Under the pieces are notes generated by a model. That model was not told the DNA's origin. It saw only the letters and a list, made by a program, of their open reading frames with translations, and did no database searches. A stretch of DNA of 64,000 nucleotides from an uncultured Alphaproteobacteria bacterium (GTDB lineage Bacteria; Pseudomonadota; Alphaproteobacteria; Rhizobiales; Xanthobacteraceae). The translations under genes were made by a program, and so were the position numbers. The stretch spans positions 26,440 through 90,439 of the forward strand of contig CAVTHL010000014.1 of the NCBI GenBank assembly GCA_963734465.1, written 5' to 3'. The stretch's first letter is position 1, and every line of letters begins with the position of its first letter. Shown piece by piece: positions 22,410 through 32,727 of this stretch.

Positions 22410-23720
22410 CTACATATGCGAGGGCAGCCAAAGCGCGATGATCGGGAAGGCGATCAGGATCACCAGCCGGATCAGGTCGGTGAGGATGAAGGGGATGACG
22501 CCCTTGAAAATCGTGGCGAAACTCACGTCCTTCACCACGCTTTTGATGACGAACACGTTCATGCCGACCGGCGGATGGATCAAGCCCAGCTCCACCGTCA
22601 TCACGATGATGACGCCGAACCAGATCGGGTTGAAGCCGAGATGGGTGACCACGGGGAAGATGATCGGCACCGTCAGGATGATCATCGCCATGGCGTCCAT
22701 CAGGCAGCCGAGCACCAGATACATCAGCATGATCAGCGCCAGCACGCCGTAGCGGCCGAGCCCGAGGCCGGTGAGGAATTCGGTGACCTTCTGCGGCGTC
22801 TGCGTGATGGTGAGGAAATAGCCGAAGATCAGCGCGCCGATCAGCACGGTGAACACCGCCGCTGCCGTGCGCGTCGCCTGCAGCAGCGAGGCCAGGATCT
22901 TGTCCTTGTCGAGCCGGCCGGTGAACACGCCGATCAGGAAGGCGCCGGTGGCGCCGACGCCGCCGGCTTCGGTCGGCGTGAAGCGCGGCAGGAACGGCAG
23001 GCCGTAGAGTCCGCCGATGACGAAAACGAACAGCAGCACCGGCGCCGCGATCTCCTTCAAGCCGGCGAACCGCTTGCGCCAGGGCACGCGCGGACCGGCC
23101 GGCAGGAAGCCGGGACGCAGCTGGCCGATGACGAAGATGGTGATGAGATACATCGTCATGGCGAGCACGCCGGGAACGATGCCGGCGATGAACAGCTTGC
23201 CGATGTCCTGCTCGGTGATGATGCCGTAGACCGCCAGCACGATCGACGGCGGCAGCATGGCGCCGAGCGTGCCGCCGGCGGCGATCACGCCGGTGGCGAA
23301 GCTCTGCGGATAGCCGAAGCGGCGCATCTCCGGATAGGCGACGGCGGAAAACGTCGCGGCGGTCGCCACCGACGAGCCGCAGATCGCGGCAAAGCCGGCG
23401 CAGGCGACGACCGTGGCGAATCCCAATCCGCCGCGCAAATGGCCGACGAAACCGTTGGCGGCCTTGAACAGGTCGCGGCTCATGCCGGAATTGGACATGA
23501 ACATGCCCATCAGCAGGAACATCGGGATGACGCCGAAGGTGTAGTCGGTCACCGTGCGCATCGAGGTCTGACCGACCAGCTTGAGCGCGGCGTTGCCGTC
23601 GACCAGGTAGGCGAAGCCGGACACGCCGACCAGGCCCATCGCCATGCCGACCGGCACGCGCAGCAGCATCAGCGCGAACAGCGAGACGAAGCCAATGATC
23701 GCGACGGCGTCGGTGCTCAT
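22410..23720 (-). CDS. TRAP transporter large permease (DctM)
   Basis: GSSVATAA, GTLGAMLPPS, HPPVGMN. Confidence 0.9.
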   Translation of the reverse strand: MSTDAVAIIGFVSLFALMLLRVPVGMAMGLVGVSGFAYLVDGNAALKLVGQTSMRTVTDYTFGVIPMFLLMGMFMSNSGMSRDLFKAANGFVGHLRGGLGFATVVACAGFAAICGSSVATAATFSAVAYPEMRRFGYPQSFATGVIAAGGTLGAMLPPSIVLAVYGIITEQDIGKLFIAGIVPGVLAMTMYLITIFVIGQLRPGFLPAGPRVPWRKRFAGLKEIAAPVLLFVFVIGGLYGLPFLPRFTPTEAGGVGATGAFLIGVFTGRLDKDKILASLLQATRTAAAVFTVLIGALIFGYFLTITQTPQKVTEFLTGLGLGRYGVLALIMLMYLVLGCLMDAMAMIILTVPIIFPVVTHLGFNPIWFGVIIVMTVELGLIHPPVGMNVFVIKSVVKDVSFATIFKGVIPFILTDLIRLVILIAFPIIALWLPSHM

Positions 23721-23729
23721 CGCTTGGCC

Positions 23730-24240
23730 TCACTCGACCGGTTTGACTTTGGTTTCGGTCATCAGCTCCGGCTGCATGATCAGCCGGTAGGTGCGCACCG
23801 CGATCAGCAGCACGGCCGACACGTCGCCCGCCCAGGCCACCGCGAAGAACGGCCAGGTCGGCAGGCGCAGATCGAAGGTGAGCACGTTGTCGTAATAAGT
23901 GCCGCGCACTTTGTCGAACAGCGTGTAGGTCTGCACCGTCACCACGAACAGCAGCACGAGCGTCGCGAATACGTCGATCATGCGCTGATATTTCGGACCG
24001 ACATTGGCCCAGATCAGATCGACCGTGATGTGTCCGCCACGATAAGACGTCGCCGCGATACCCCAGAAGATGAGAATGCCGAGCAGCAGGCGCCCGAAGT
24101 CGAAGGCATCCGGGATCGCGTAGTTGAAGACGTTGCGCAGCAGGACCGACAGAAAAATATCGGCGGCGACGATGCCGACGAAGACAGGCGGCGATCCATT
24201 CGATCGTGTCGATGAAACGATCCATATAGATGCGTTTCAT
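23730..24240 (-). CDS. TRAP transporter small permease (DctQ), frameshift near 24185
   Basis: Hydrophobic segments; position between dctP and dctM. Confidence 0.8.
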
Positions 24241-24263
24241 GCCCGTCCCCATGCGGCAAATGA

Positions 24264-24289
24264 GCGGCGGCGGGAAATCCCGCCGCCGC
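24264..24289. terminator. Perfect GC hairpin after dctP (mRNA stabiliser or attenuator)
   Basis: GCGGCGGCGGG-AAAT-CCCGCCGCCGC; no U-tract. Confidence 0.55.
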
Positions 24290-24305
24290 CGTCAAATGCA
24301 GGCCG

Positions 24306-25334
24306 TTATTTCGCCAGCGCGTTGTACTTGGCGAGATCGGCGCGCAGCTCCTTCATCGCCGCGTCCGGATCGACGCCGACCTTCTTGACGCCATCGGCCC
24401 AGCTCTTCTCGAGCGGCTCGGCCGCCTTCTTCCATTCCGCCGTTTGCGCGGGCGTGAGCTTGTAGACTTCTTGTCCGGGCTCGGCCTTCACCTTGTCGAT
24501 GCCGGCATCCTCGAACTTGCCCCACGGGCCGCCGACGCGGGCGGCCGCGTCGTTGTTGCAGTTGTCGTCGATCGCCTTCTTCTGGCGCGGCGACATCTCG
24601 TCATATTTGGCCTTGTTGAAGACGAAGGCGAAGGTCGTCACATAGAGCGGCGCGTCCATGTGGTACTTCGTGACCTTGTCGATGCCGAACAGCACCAGCG
24701 AGCCCCAGGGGAAGGTCACGGCGTCGGCGACGTGGCGCTCCATGATGTCGCGCACTTCCGGCGCCGAGGAGTTGACGTTGGTGCCGCCGAGCTGGGTGAC
24801 AAAGGTCGCGATGGTGGCGTCCGCCGGACGCACCTTCATGCCCTTGATGTCGGCCGGCACGACGATCTTCTTCTCGCTCGAATGGAACGAGCTCGGCGCG
24901 TGGATGAAGGCGAGGCAGAATTTCACGTCCTTCATCTCTTTGGCGGCGTATTTGCGGTACCAGGCGTCGAGGCCGCGCGTGCCGCCTTCGGTCGCCGAAA
25001 TCAGGAACGGCAATTCGCCGGCGGCGATGATCGGGAAGCGGCCGGGCTGATAGCCGGGATTGATGTAAGTGAGGTCGGCGATGCCGTCGCGCGCCATGTC
25101 GTAATGGTCGAAGGCCTTGCCGAGCTGCTGGGCGGGAAACACTTTGTAGTGCAGCGTGCCGCCGGAGGCCTTCTCGACATTGGCGCCCCATTCCTCCAGC
25201 GCCTTCTGCAGCGGATGCGAGGCCGGCACCCAGTGCGACAGCTTGAGCTCGTAGGTCTTCTCCTGCGCCTGCGCGCCGCCCGCGCACAGCAGCGCGGCGA
25301 AAGCGGCGGCGGTCACCGCAAAACGGGTTTTCAT
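24306..25334 (-). CDS. TRAP transporter substrate-binding protein (DctP)
   Basis: Signal peptide, LKLSHW, DIKGMKVR; RBS GGAGG. Confidence 0.9.
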   Translation of the reverse strand: MKTRFAVTAAAFAALLCAGGAQAQEKTYELKLSHWVPASHPLQKALEEWGANVEKASGGTLHYKVFPAQQLGKAFDHYDMARDGIADLTYINPGYQPGRFPIIAAGELPFLISATEGGTRGLDAWYRKYAAKEMKDVKFCLAFIHAPSSFHSSEKKIVVPADIKGMKVRPADATIATFVTQLGGTNVNSSAPEVRDIMERHVADAVTFPWGSLVLFGIDKVTKYHMDAPLYVTTFAFVFNKAKYDEMSPRQKKAIDDNCNNDAAARVGGPWGKFEDAGIDKVKAEPGQEVYKLTPAQTAEWKKAAEPLEKSWADGVKKVGVDPDAAMKELRADLAKYNALAK

Positions 25335-25414
25335 GCATTCCCTCCCTTGGTTTTGTGATGGCAACCGTGCCATCTTTTGCGGCAATTGAGCCGGATATCG
25401 GCGCGCTTGTAAAG

Positions 25415-25434
25415 TTGGTTTGAGGTCAAACTAA
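25415..25434. promoter_or_regulatory. Putative MarR operator
   Basis: Inverted repeat TTGGTTTGA-GG-TCAAACTAA abutting the marR ATG, between divergent genes. Confidence 0.55.
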
Positions 25435-25935
25435 TGGGCAAAGGCGTGAACGCGCGCAGCCACCAGCGTCGGCGCGGCAAGAACGGCGAAGCCGTTGCCG
25501 AATCGATTAAATTCGGGCCGCTCGATCATTGGGTCGGCTTCAACTTGCGCATGGCGCAGGAGGCCGCCTTCCAGGCTTTCTCGCGCCGCTCGCAGGCGAT
25601 CGGCGAACACCCCGGACGCTTCGCCACCTTGACGCTGATCGCGCGCAACCCGGGGATCAGCCAGACCGAGCTGTCGCAGGCCAGCGGCCGCGACAAATCG
25701 AGCGTCACGCCGGTGGTCGAGGACCTGGTGCGGCGCGGCCTGGTCGAGCGCAAGCGCGAAAGCCGCGACCGGCGCGCCTACCGGCTCAATCTCACGCTGG
25801 CCGGCAAGAAAACGCTCATCGAGCTCACGCGCTGCGCGCGCCGGCACGAGCGCAACCTCGATCAGCTTATCGGCCGCGGCGAGCGCAAAGCGGTTTCTGG
25901 CGATTCTGAAGAGGATCGCGGCGCAGATCGATTAG
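25434..25935 (+). CDS. MarR-family regulator, frameshift near 25890
   Basis: NPGISQTELS, LVRRGLVER, DRR. Confidence 0.85.
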
Positions 25936-26348
25936 CGGAACTTCGCCAGCACGTCGGCGGGCACCGGGTGCGATTTGATCGCGCCGGTTGCCGGGTCGCG
26001 CACCACCCACACGCGCGTCTCCGAGGCCTCGACGCACAAGGTGCCCTTGAGACTAAATTTGTGCGCGACGTCGAAGCTCGCGCGGCCGAACGTGATGCTC
26101 GAGTCGACGGTGACATCGTCGCCGAAGCGGGTCGGCTTGATGAACTTCGCCTGCGTGCGCACCACCGGAAATCCGGCGAAGGGCAGCGTCTTCATCATTT
26201 CGAACTTGGTCATGCCGAGCGCGCGCTCGAACAGCGCGGCGGTCGAGGCGTCGATGATCTCGAAATAGCGCGGATAGAAGATGATGCCGGCGGGGTCGCA
26301 GTCGCCCCACTCGATGCGCACCGTGCGGCTGTTGCTGAGCGTCGTCAC
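25932..26348 (-). CDS. Acyl-CoA thioesterase (4-hydroxybenzoyl-CoA thioesterase family)
   Basis: WGDCDPAGIIFYPRY hot-dog-fold signature. Confidence 0.9.
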   Translation of the reverse strand: MTTLSNSRTVRIEWGDCDPAGIIFYPRYFEIIDASTAALFERALGMTKFEMMKTLPFAGFPVVRTQAKFIKPTRFGDDVTVDSSITFGRASFDVAHKFSLKGTLCVEASETRVWVVRDPATGAIKSHPVPADVLAKFR

Positions 26349-26358
26349 GGGTCGGTAT

Positions 26359-27121
26359 TCAGCGCGGCGCCAGGCGCAATGCGCCGTCGAGGCGGATGAC
26401 TTCGCCGTTGAGATAGCCGTTGTGGATGCAGTGCATCACGAGCGCGGCGAACTCGCGCGGTTCGCCCAGCCGCTTGGGGAACGGCACCGACGGCGCCGAG
26501 CGAATCCTGCGCCTCTTGCGGCAGCGCACGCAGCATCGGCGTGCCGAAAATGCCGGGCGCGATCGCCAGCACGCGGATGCCGAACTGCGCGAATTCGCGC
26601 GCCGCCGGCAGCGTGAGTGCAGCGACGCCGCCCTTCGACGACGCGTAGGCGGCTTGCCCGATCTGGCCCTCGTAGGCGGCAACCGAGGCGGTCGACACGA
26701 TCACGCCGCGCTCGCCGTCGGCGAACGCAGGCAGCGCCTGCATGCCGGCGGCCACCAGCCGCATCATGTTGAAGGTGCCGATCAGGTTGATCTTGATGAC
26801 GCGCTCGTAGTCGGCGAGCGGCATGGCCCCGTCGCGGCCGACGATGCGCTTGGCGGGGCCGATGCCGGCGCAATTCACCAGGATGCGCGCCGGGCCGTGC
26901 GCGTCGGCGGCCTTTTTCACCGCCGCTTCGCCGGACGCAGCATCGGCGACGTCGCAGGTGACGGCGATGCCCTTGAGCTCGGCCGCGATTTCTGCTGCCG
27001 CCTTTTCATTGACGTCGACGATGGCCACCTTGGCGCCGGCGGCCGCCAGCGTGCGCGCACAGGCGGCGCCGAGGCCGGAGGCGCCGCCGGTGACGATTGC
27101 TGCATTTCCCTTGACGTCCAT
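26359..27121 (-). CDS. SDR 3-hydroxyacyl-CoA dehydrogenase (type II-like), frameshift near 26490
   Basis: [33 protein letters not shown]. Confidence 0.9.
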
Positions 27122-29001
27122 CAAACCCCTCCAGCCGAAATCACCCGCGACGATAACGGCGTTGCATAGAGTTCGTCCACCAATGCGGCCCGGTTGTTCA
27201 GCACCGCACGCTGGTTGATCGAGCCTTTGTCGGTCGCCTCGCCTTTGTCCATCGACGGCGGCTCGGCCATCAGCAGCGCGCGCGCAACCCGCATCGAGGA
27301 GCCGGCACTGACCGCCGCGAGCTTGTCGAGTAGCTCGGCGAACATCGCCCGCACCTTGGGGTCGGCGACGATTGCATCGGGCTTTGCATCTGAACCAAGT
27401 CCGGCGAGCTTGCGGCAGGCCTCGACGTCGGGAAACACCAGCGCGGCGATGTCGTCGCGGTCGGGTCCCGCCAGCACCACGTCGCGCACGTAAGGCGCAA
27501 AGGCATCGATGAAGCGCGCGCGCAACGGACCGACGCTCGCCCAGGTGCCGGTCGCCAGCTTGAAGTCCTCGGCGATGCGGCCGTCGAACAGCAGGCCTTT
27601 GAGCGGGTCGGCGGGATCGGCAAATTTCAGCGCGTCGCCGATCTTGTAATAGCCCTCGGCATCGAAAGCCGCGCGCGTGAGTTCGTCCTGCCGCCAATAG
27701 CCGGGCGTGATGTGCGGCCCGCGCAGCCGCGCCTCCAGCTTGCCTTCGTTCGGCACCAGTTTGAGTTCGACGCCCGGCGCCGGCAGGCCGATATTGCCGG
27801 GGCGATCGAAGTCCCAGCTGCAGGCGAGCGCCAGCGGCGAGGTCTCGGTCGAGCCGAGCGACGACAGAAAAATAATGCGCTCGCCGGTCGTCTCGATCGC
27901 CAGCTGCGTGAGGTCGTCCCAGGTGGTCTGGTTCAAGCCGGCGCCGGCATAGAACAGCACCTTCAGCCGGGAAAAGAATGTCTTGCGCAGCGTCTCGTCG
28001 GCGCGGAAATGGGGAATGAGCGCCTCGTAGCCCTTCGGCACATTGAAATAGATGGTCGGCGCGATCTCGCGCAGATTGCGCGCGGTCTTCGGCACGCCGG
28101 CCGGCGTCGGATTGCCGTCGTCGATATAAAGCGAGCCGCCGTTGACCAGCACCATGTTGAAGTTGTGGTTGCTGCCGAAGGTGTGGCTCCACGGCAGCCA
28201 GTCGACCACCACCGGCGGCTCGTCGGCGACGAAGCAGAAGCCGGCGGCGAGCATGGCCTGGTTCGCGCACAGCATGCGCTGGGTGTTGATCACGGCCTTG
28301 GGCGTGCCGGTCGAGCCGGAGGTGAACAGGAACTTGGCGATGGTGTCGGGCGTCACGCGCGCCCGCGCGGCGGCGACGCCTGCTGCATCCTCCAGGTCGA
28401 GCAGATCGGCGAACAAGGTGGCTTTCCGGTCGGCCGGCGGATTGCGGGTCACCACCAGTTCGGCGGTTTCCGGCACCGCCGCGGCGATGGCGCGGCCGAA
28501 TGCACCGCCGTCGCTCGCGAACACCAGGCCCGGCGTCAGCAACTCCATGATCATGCGCAGCTTGCCGAAGTCGGTCGAGAGCAGCGAATAGGCCGCCGAC
28601 ACCGGCGTATAGGGAATGCCGACATGCATGGCGGCAAGCGCGAGCAGCGCGTGCTCGATGTCGTTGCCGGACAGGATCGCGATCGGCCGCTCGGCCGACA
28701 GTCCGCGCCGCAGCAGCGACGCGCCAATGCGCTGCACTTTGTCCAGCACTTCGGCGTAAGTGAGCTTGCGCCATTGATCGTCGGCGCCACGCTGCGCCAG
28801 GAACACGCGCTCGGGCGCCTCACGCGCCCAGCGTTCCAGCGGCTCGCTCAGCGTGTTGTGGTAGGTGCCGAGCGGCTGCGAGGCGCGAATGTGGATGGTG
28901 CCGTCGGCCGCGCGCTCGACCACAGCATCGGGCGGGCCGAGGCGCACGGCCCGCAATGGCGCGGCGTTCGCGGATGAATTTGCACGCAGAGGATTAGCCA
29001 C
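27121..29001 (-). CDS. fcs: Feruloyl-CoA synthetase family ligase
   Basis: FTSGSTGTPK, DWLPWSHTFG, GSTET, GRIAEDFKLATGTW, TDKGSINQ. Confidence 0.85.
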   Translation of the reverse strand: MANPLRANSSANAAPLRAVRLGPPDAVVERAADGTIHIRASQPLGTYHNTLSEPLERWAREAPERVFLAQRGADDQWRKLTYAEVLDKVQRIGASLLRRGLSAERPIAILSGNDIEHALLALAAMHVGIPYTPVSAAYSLLSTDFGKLRMIMELLTPGLVFASDGGAFGRAIAAAVPETAELVVTRNPPADRKATLFADLLDLEDAAGVAAARARVTPDTIAKFLFTSGSTGTPKAVINTQRMLCANQAMLAAGFCFVADEPPVVVDWLPWSHTFGSNHNFNMVLVNGGSLYIDDGNPTPAGVPKTARNLREIAPTIYFNVPKGYEALIPHFRADETLRKTFFSRLKVLFYAGAGLNQTTWDDLTQLAIETTGERIIFLSSLGSTETSPLALACSWDFDRPGNIGLPAPGVELKLVPNEGKLEARLRGPHITPGYWRQDELTRAAFDAEGYYKIGDALKFADPADPLKGLLFDGRIAEDFKLATGTWASVGPLRARFIDAFAPYVRDVVLAGPDRDDIAALVFPDVEACRKLAGLGSDAKPDAIVADPKVRAMFAELLDKLAAVSAGSSMRVARALLMAEPPSMDKGEATDKGSINQRAVLNNRAALVDELYATPLSSRVISAGGV

Positions 29002-29771
29002 GCGTCACCTTCGGCCCGCGTTTCTCGAGGAATTCGCCCAGCCGCGCCTTAGCCGCCGGGTCGGCCTGCGCGATCGCCGACATCAGCGCTTCCATGGCAT
29101 AGCCCGACGCCGGATCGCTCTCGGCGATGCGCGGCAGCGCCTGCATCACCGCGAAATTGGTGAGCGGTGCATTGGCGGCGATGCGCTGCGCGAGCTCCAG
29201 TCCCTTGGCGAAGCCGTCGCCGGGCTCGACCAGATAGGTCGTCAGGCCGATGGCCTGGCCTTCTTCCGCCGAATAGGTGCGGCCGGTCAGCATCATGTCC
29301 ATCATGCGCGCGACGCCGATCAACCGCGGCAGCCGCACCGAGCCGCCGCCGCCGACATAGATGCCGCGGCTGCCCTCCGGCAGCGCGTAGTAGGCCGAGC
29401 GTTCGGCGACGCGGACGTGCGCCGCCGCCGCAAGCTCTAAGCCGCCGCCGACCACCGCGCCGTGCAGCACGGCGACCACCGGCACCTTGCCGAACTGGAT
29501 TTTCTCGAAGGCGCGATGCCAGAGCGAGGAATGCGCGATGCCCTGCGTGACGTCGCGCTCCTTCAGTTCGCGAGAGATCGAGCCCGGCGGAGAAATGCTC
29601 GCCTTCGCCCGCCAGCAGCACGCAGCCCGTGCCTTCCGGCGGCGCGCTGAAGAATGTCTCGATGCCGAGGATGGTGTCGTCGTCGAGCGCGTTGCGCTTC
29701 TGCGGCCGGTTCAGCCGCAGGATCGCGACGTCACCTTGCTGCTCGACGGCGAGTGAAGGCGGCAGCATCAT
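28994..29771 (-). CDS. Crotonase/enoyl-CoA hydratase, frameshift near 29575
   Basis: FSAGLDL, GGGLELA, LPE...GIYVGGGGS. Confidence 0.9.
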
Positions 29772-29833
29772 AGCGTCACACGTGCGATAGAGTGAGTTCT
29801 TCACTTCGAAGCTCTTTTGCCGTCGAATTGTTA

Positions 29834-30319
29834 CTAGAACTCTTGCAATAATTCGAGCAGAACCTGATAGCGTCCTGCACTTAGTTTCTGCCGTAACGCC
29901 GCCTCATGATCCTCAGCCAACGCCTTCGCCCGCGCCAAAACCATTTGGCCGTCGCGCGTGAGCTGCAGCGCGTGGCGGCGACGATCGCCGGAGGCAGGCA
30001 GGCGCTGGGTGAGGCCGCGGCGTTCTAGACGGTTCAGCAGCCGCACAAGCCGCGCCGGCTCGATGGCGAGCGTGGCGGCGAGTTCGGCTTGAGACAAGCC
30101 GCGGTTGGCGTCGATCACGACCAGCACCGAAAACTGTGCCGGACTGATGTCGATCGGCGACAGCCGGCGGATGAAGTCCTGGAACACCCACACTTGTAGG
30201 CGCCGCACGAAGTACCCAAGGCGCTCATTGAGCACGCTGAGATCGACCACGGGTCGGCTGCGCTGCCGCGGCTGCGTCTTGCGGAGGGGCAAGGTGCGCG
30301 CGCGCTTTTGCTCCGCCAT
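29834..30319 (-). CDS. MarR-family regulator (CouR/FerC-like by context)
   Basis: ISPAQFSVL, LSQAELA, LERRGL, DRR; directly upstream of crotonase-fcs. Confidence 0.85.
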   Translation of the reverse strand: MAEQKRARTLPLRKTQPRQRSRPVVDLSVLNERLGYFVRRLQVWVFQDFIRRLSPIDISPAQFSVLVVIDANRGLSQAELAATLAIEPARLVRLLNRLERRGLTQRLPASGDRRRHALQLTRDGQMVLARAKALAEDHEAALRQKLSAGRYQVLLELLQEF

Positions 30320-30371
30320 GCGTATTCTCGTCAGTTTGCGGCAGTCGGCGGCCGATCCTGCACTATTCCTA

Positions 30372-30403
30372 TTGACGAAATTTGTTGTCCACGTCAACAA
30401 TAT
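30372..30403. promoter_or_regulatory. Putative MarR operator next to a TTGACG -35 box
   Basis: Perfect inverted repeat TTGTTG-N7-CAACAA at 30382-30400; TTGACG at 30372-30377. Confidence 0.55.
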
Positions 30404-30522
30404 ATCTAAATCCGAGTGCCCGCGGCGCTTCCTGCGGCGCAGGATGGGCCGTTCGTGCTTGCTACGACCGGAAAAAATTCCAGATCGAGAACAACGGCCG
30501 CATGACGGCCAGGGAGGACACC

Positions 30523-31762
30523 ATGAGTTCGCAAATATAATTCGTCACGCCTCACACGCCGCAGCTTCAGTGCCGCTGGGGGCGCCGCGATTGTCGCCGG
30601 CGCAGCGCCGTTCAACATCGTCCGCGCGCAAGGCGCCGCGCTGAAGGTCGGCGTCCTGCTGCCGCGTTCGGGCGTGCAGGCCGGTATCGGCCAAGACTGC
30701 CAGCGCGGCGTTGACGTCACCGCCGGCTTGCTCAAGGACCTCGGCCTGCCGCCGCTGCAGATCATGAATGTCGACACCGAAACCAACGTGGAGGTTGCCC
30801 GCGCCCGTGCCGAGAAGCTGATTTCGGAAGGCGCGCAGCTTCTGGTCGGCGCCTTCGACTCCGGCCAGAGCACCGCGATCGCGCAGGTGGCCGAGCAGAA
30901 GGGCATTCCCTACGTCATCAACATCGCCGCCGCGCCGCCGATCACCGAGCAGGGCTACAAGTTCGTGTTCCGCAACTTCCCGACCGGGCCGATGATCCTG
31001 CGCGATGCCTTCGTCAATCAGAAGGAACTGTTCCAGATTACAGGCTCGGCGCCGAAAACGGCGGTTATGCTGCACGTCAACGATACCTATGGCATGGCGA
31101 TCAAGGGCGGCGTCGGCGCGATGTTCCCGAAGTTCGACATGCCGTACCAGATCGTCGAGCAGATCGCCTACGACCCGGCCGCGCGCGACCTGTCGGTCGA
31201 GCTCTCCAAAGCCAAGGCGACCGGCGCGGAAGCGTTGATCGTGGTCAGCCGTCTCAACGACGCCATCATGCTCACGCGCGAAATGGTCAAGCAGCGCTGG
31301 TCGCCGATGGCGGTGCTGAGCATCGGCCCGGGTTGGTACGAAGACCAGTATTTGAAAACTCTCGGCAAACTGTCGGATGGGCCGATTAGCCTCGTGCCCT
31401 GGTTCGATCCGAACAAGAAGGTGAGCAAGCTGCTCGAGGCGGCGTTGGCCAAAGCCCACCCCGGCGTCGGCATGTCGACCAACCACGTCTACACCTTCGA
31501 GGCGCTGCTGGTCGCCTCCGACGCCTACAAGCGGGCGGGTTCGGCCAATCCGCAGGCCCTGGCCGATGCCATCCGCAAGACAAACATCACCAACAATGTC
31601 AGCCCTGGCCCCGGCATCATGTTCGACGCCAAAGGTCAGAACGACAAGCTCAAGTGCTCGGCGATTCAAAATCGCGGTGGCAAGCTGGTGACGTTGGCGC
31701 CGAAAGATGCGGCCAATGCCAAACCGGAATGGCCGCTGAAGCCGTACGATAAACGCGCCTGA
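30523..31762 (+). CDS. Liv-type ABC substrate-binding protein with twin-arginine signal, frameshift near 30535
   Basis: GGAGG RBS before ATG 30523; TRRSF; LKVGVLLPRSG; LVGAFDSG. Confidence 0.85.
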
Positions 31763-31782
31763 CCCGCGTCTCGTCCATCTTC

Positions 31783-31808
31783 GCTCCGGCCGCTCGCGCG
31801 GCCGGAGC
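31783..31808. terminator. Perfect hairpin after the SBP gene (stabiliser)
   Basis: GCTCCGGCCGC-TCGC-GCGGCCGGAGC. Confidence 0.55.
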
Positions 31809-31830
31809 ATTGCGCTATTAGGATTGCCCG

Positions 31831-32703
31831 GTGCCGATAGATATCTATCTCAATGTCGCCGTCGGCGGCGTATTGACCGGCCTCGTCTACGGGCTGATGG
31901 CGCTGGGCCTGTCGGTGATCTTCGGTGTGGTGCGCGTGGTCAATTTCGCCCACGGCGAAATGATGACGATCGCCATGTATATCGCGATAGTGCTGTTTCG
32001 GACGCTGCATCTCGATCCGCTGGTGATGATGGTGCCGATCGCCATGGTGCTGTTCGCCTTCGGCTACGCGCTGCAGGCCGGCCTGATCAACGTGTTCATC
32101 ACGCGTCCCGAGCACAGCCAGTTCCTGCTGCTGGTGGCGATCGCCATCATCATTGTCAACGTGCTGCTGATCGTCTTCGGCCCCGACGCGCAGAACGTAC
32201 AGACGTCGTATTCCTACGACAGTTTCCAGATCGGCAAGCTGATCATTGACGCCACCAAGCTCTATGCCGGGCTTGCCGCCGTCGTAGTGGCGGCTGGGCT
32301 GTTCGCCTTTTTCCGCTATACGACGCTGGGAACGGCGATCCGGGCCTGCGCCGACAACTACACCGGCGCGCTGGTGGTCGGGCTCGACGTCAAGCGGCTC
32401 TATGCCCTGACTTTCGGCCTTGGCGCCGCTTGCGTCGGCGCCGCGGGCGCCATGCTGCTGCTGATCTTCGACGTCACGCCGGCCGCGGGTCCTGCCTATA
32501 CGCTGCTTGCCTTCGTCATCGTCATCACGGGCGGCCTCGGCTCGATGCCGGGCGCGCTGATCGGCGGCATCCTCATCGGCCTTACCGAGGCGATGGCCGG
32601 TTTGCTGTTCACGCCGTCGGCCAAGAGCATGTTCTCCTTTGCCGTGCTGGTGCTGGTCCTGCTGTTCCGCCCGCAAGGCATCATGGGCAAGAGAACCGCA
32701 TAA
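31831..32703 (+). CDS. LivH-type ABC permease
   Basis: VVNFAHGE, GGLGS, LFRPQG. Confidence 0.9.
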   Translation: MPIDIYLNVAVGGVLTGLVYGLMALGLSVIFGVVRVVNFAHGEMMTIAMYIAIVLFRTLHLDPLVMMVPIAMVLFAFGYALQAGLINVFITRPEHSQFLLLVAIAIIIVNVLLIVFGPDAQNVQTSYSYDSFQIGKLIIDATKLYAGLAAVVVAAGLFAFFRYTTLGTAIRACADNYTGALVVGLDVKRLYALTFGLGAACVGAAGAMLLLIFDVTPAAGPAYTLLAFVIVITGGLGSMPGALIGGILIGLTEAMAGLLFTPSAKSMFSFAVLVLVLLFRPQGIMGKRTA

Positions 32704-32727
32704 TGAGAACTGCATGATGAGGGCGGC

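Noticed and set aside
2287-28977. Many long antisense or alternative-frame ORFs (e.g. 5252..7105, 16817..18643, 20350..22176, 22269..24215)
   Set aside because: Shadow ORFs of high-GC coding sequence: Arg/Ala/Gly-rich, with no recognisable motifs
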